Shown here: one piece after another, positions 62,526 through 64,000 of the stretch
How positions within the stretch are numbered: the first letter of the stretch is position 1
Layout of the letters: every line of letters starts with the position of its first letter
From: Lingula anatina
Lineage: Eukaryota; Animalia; Brachiopoda
Reading direction: 5' to 3'
Assembly (NCBI GenBank): GCA_051362555.1
Contig: CM120640.1
Span: 64,148,788-64,212,787, forward strand
DNA: 64,000 bases
Translations under genes and position numbers: made by a program
The notes under the pieces: generated by a model
Seen by the model: only the letters and a program-made list of their open reading frames with translations
Told to the model about the DNA's origin: nothing
Database searches by the model: none

Positions 62526-64000
62526 TAGGAGTAGATTGGAGTAGGAACAAACGCTAAGTACTGCACAAGTGGCTTTTAAAGAGCATTTTCTGACCCTAAT
62601 TTTGCATAAGTTAAGTGATGTTGTGGCAATGTCATTTCAAGTCGTGCTAGATATAGTATCTGGAATAAAATGCACTATTTAAAATGTAAATTAAAACATT
62701 AGCTGGGGTTCATTAGCGACAACCTTTTTGCTAACTAGTGAATATCTAAACTCTAGAAATACCTTGATCAAACTGTAGATAGTCGACTGCTTTTTTGGGT
62801 CGATTGGAGTAGATGTCTATCACTTCCATCACTGCCTTTCCGCGGAACAAACTAAAACAGCCAGGACTGCAGAGAACGCATCCTAGAACATGTTCCGCGC
62901 TCTTCTGTAACCAGTGGCCAATGGCGTACTCGAACTTCTGGTACCATACCATAGGTCCTACGATACATATAATGTTATTTCATAAAACCTAACAAATAAA
63001 AGGGATCTTTTTTTAGAAGGGGGGGGGGGGGCTTTATGTTGAGATGAATAAGACCCACTCATATATGTGTTCTCCGGCCTTCTTACCTGATTATCATTGG
63101 TCAGTTTATGTTGTGGTTGAATTGTTTTGTGGAGAAAATAAATAATTAAAGGGATAATAACTCTTCGTATGAGATCTATATTTCACAATAATAACATTGT
63201 AAACAACTCACAGAAATATAATTTATTTTGTTTTACCACAAAAAATGGCAATTATAGCTATAATTCTGATATCTGAGCCTGTCATCGGACCACGTGACCC
63301 CTAAAGATGGCTATACTCTGTTATAATCTCTTAAAAGATTATTACAAAAATATTAACTTTTTAGAAAAAAAGGGACTAACTCTGAATGTAGAAATGGATT
63401 CATAAACCATCGTTAAGTATGGGAAAATTGTTGTTTACTCCAGTTTACACTGTTATTATCCCTTTGATCCCACTCACTGAAATGCATACATATTAAGGTA
63501 TTTGAAAATCACGATAAAATATTTTACCGCTGCCGATTGGATGGATTCGTCCACAGGCAGCTCCCAGTTTCTTGTCTGACGCCATCTCTTTCACCAAGCT
63601 GGTCAAAGCATCTGCGCAGAAATCAACATCTCCGTCCAGAGCCAACAAATACACGTTGTCCAGGTCATTTTCATCGTGTTTTCTGTCTGGGTTTTCCGGC
63701 CTTGTGTTATACTGCAGCAGGTAGTACATGTACATCACCTGAAAAAATTGTCACAAGCTTTATCATGCATTTTAATGCATGCATGTTTTTCTTTGTATGA
63801 AAACGTTGTGACATTGTTTATCAAGGCACAAAAGATCTAGCAGCATTTCAACACCGTTACCTGGGTTCCTTTTCATGTTCACATAAAGCAGATGTTTAAA
63901 ATATGTTTTGTATTATATCATTATACTTTTAATCTTTACTAAAATTCAACAGATAATAAGAAATGATAAATCAACACCAGAAGACATTTTACCTGACTCC
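58768..64000 (-). CDS. Chitin synthase (GT2), 3' portion; 5' exons lie beyond the window end
   Basis: Exons ...64000-63993 (..SQ), 63738-63528 (VMYMYYLL, LDGDVDF, GRIHP), 62957-62763 (WYQKFEYAIGHWLQK..CSPGCFSLFR), 60863-59946 (GEDRW, QRRRW, SWGTRE, TM helices) and 59612-58768 (coiled coil, QFICMLWHR). Confidence 0.95.
61100..61520 (+). mobile_element. Highly degraded Tc1-like transposase fragment in a chitin synthase intron
   Basis: ORF 61283-61516 contains HWSQRYDQVLFRDESTFFL, resembling the Tc1 H..W....W..VLFSDES.F.L motif at the first catalytic Asp. Confidence 0.5.
61688..62476. mobile_element. About 790-bp fold-back element with about 100-bp TIRs and an internal about 278-bp direct duplication
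   Basis: 61703-61792 is mirrored at 62373-62462; ACATCTGA.GATGATACTTTTAAAGATG block at about 61867 and about 62143. Confidence 0.8.
63150..63463. mobile_element. TTAA-flanked MITE, copy 2 (inverted relative to 31241-31577)
   Basis: TTAA|AGGGATAATAACTCTTCGTATGAGATCTATATTTCAC ... GTTATTATCCCT; the internal sequence is the reverse complement of copy 1. Confidence 0.75.

Overview
AT-rich, intron-containing animal genomic DNA, most likely a lophotrochozoan invertebrate (inferred from the chitin synthase, conodipine-type PLA2, bombesin/EP-type GPCR and HINE-type repeats). I reconstructed eight spliced or single-exon genes by hand from GT-AG junctions and reading phase: LRWD1 (-, runs off the window start), ALKBH4 (+, head-to-head with LRWD1 as in human), an unnamed 3-exon gene encoding a death-effector domain (DED) fused to a PD-(D/E)XK nuclease-like domain, an intronless bombesin/CCHamide-family GPCR, a gamma-butyrobetaine dioxygenase (BBOX1-like), a conodipine-like secreted PLA2, a DIRAS/RASD-like small GTPase, and the 3' part of a chitin synthase. 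Introns and intergenic DNA hold many non-autonomous transposons, some carrying satellite arrays. Two observations stand out. (1) The DED-nuclease gene, with clustered IRF/ISRE-like sites upstream, is a candidate innate-immune or cell-death effector. (2) BBOX has a duplicated, frame-incompatible pair of exons encoding the catalytic HxD segment, with complementary intronic sequences that could enforce mutually exclusive splicing. All homology calls come from motif recognition, not database searches.
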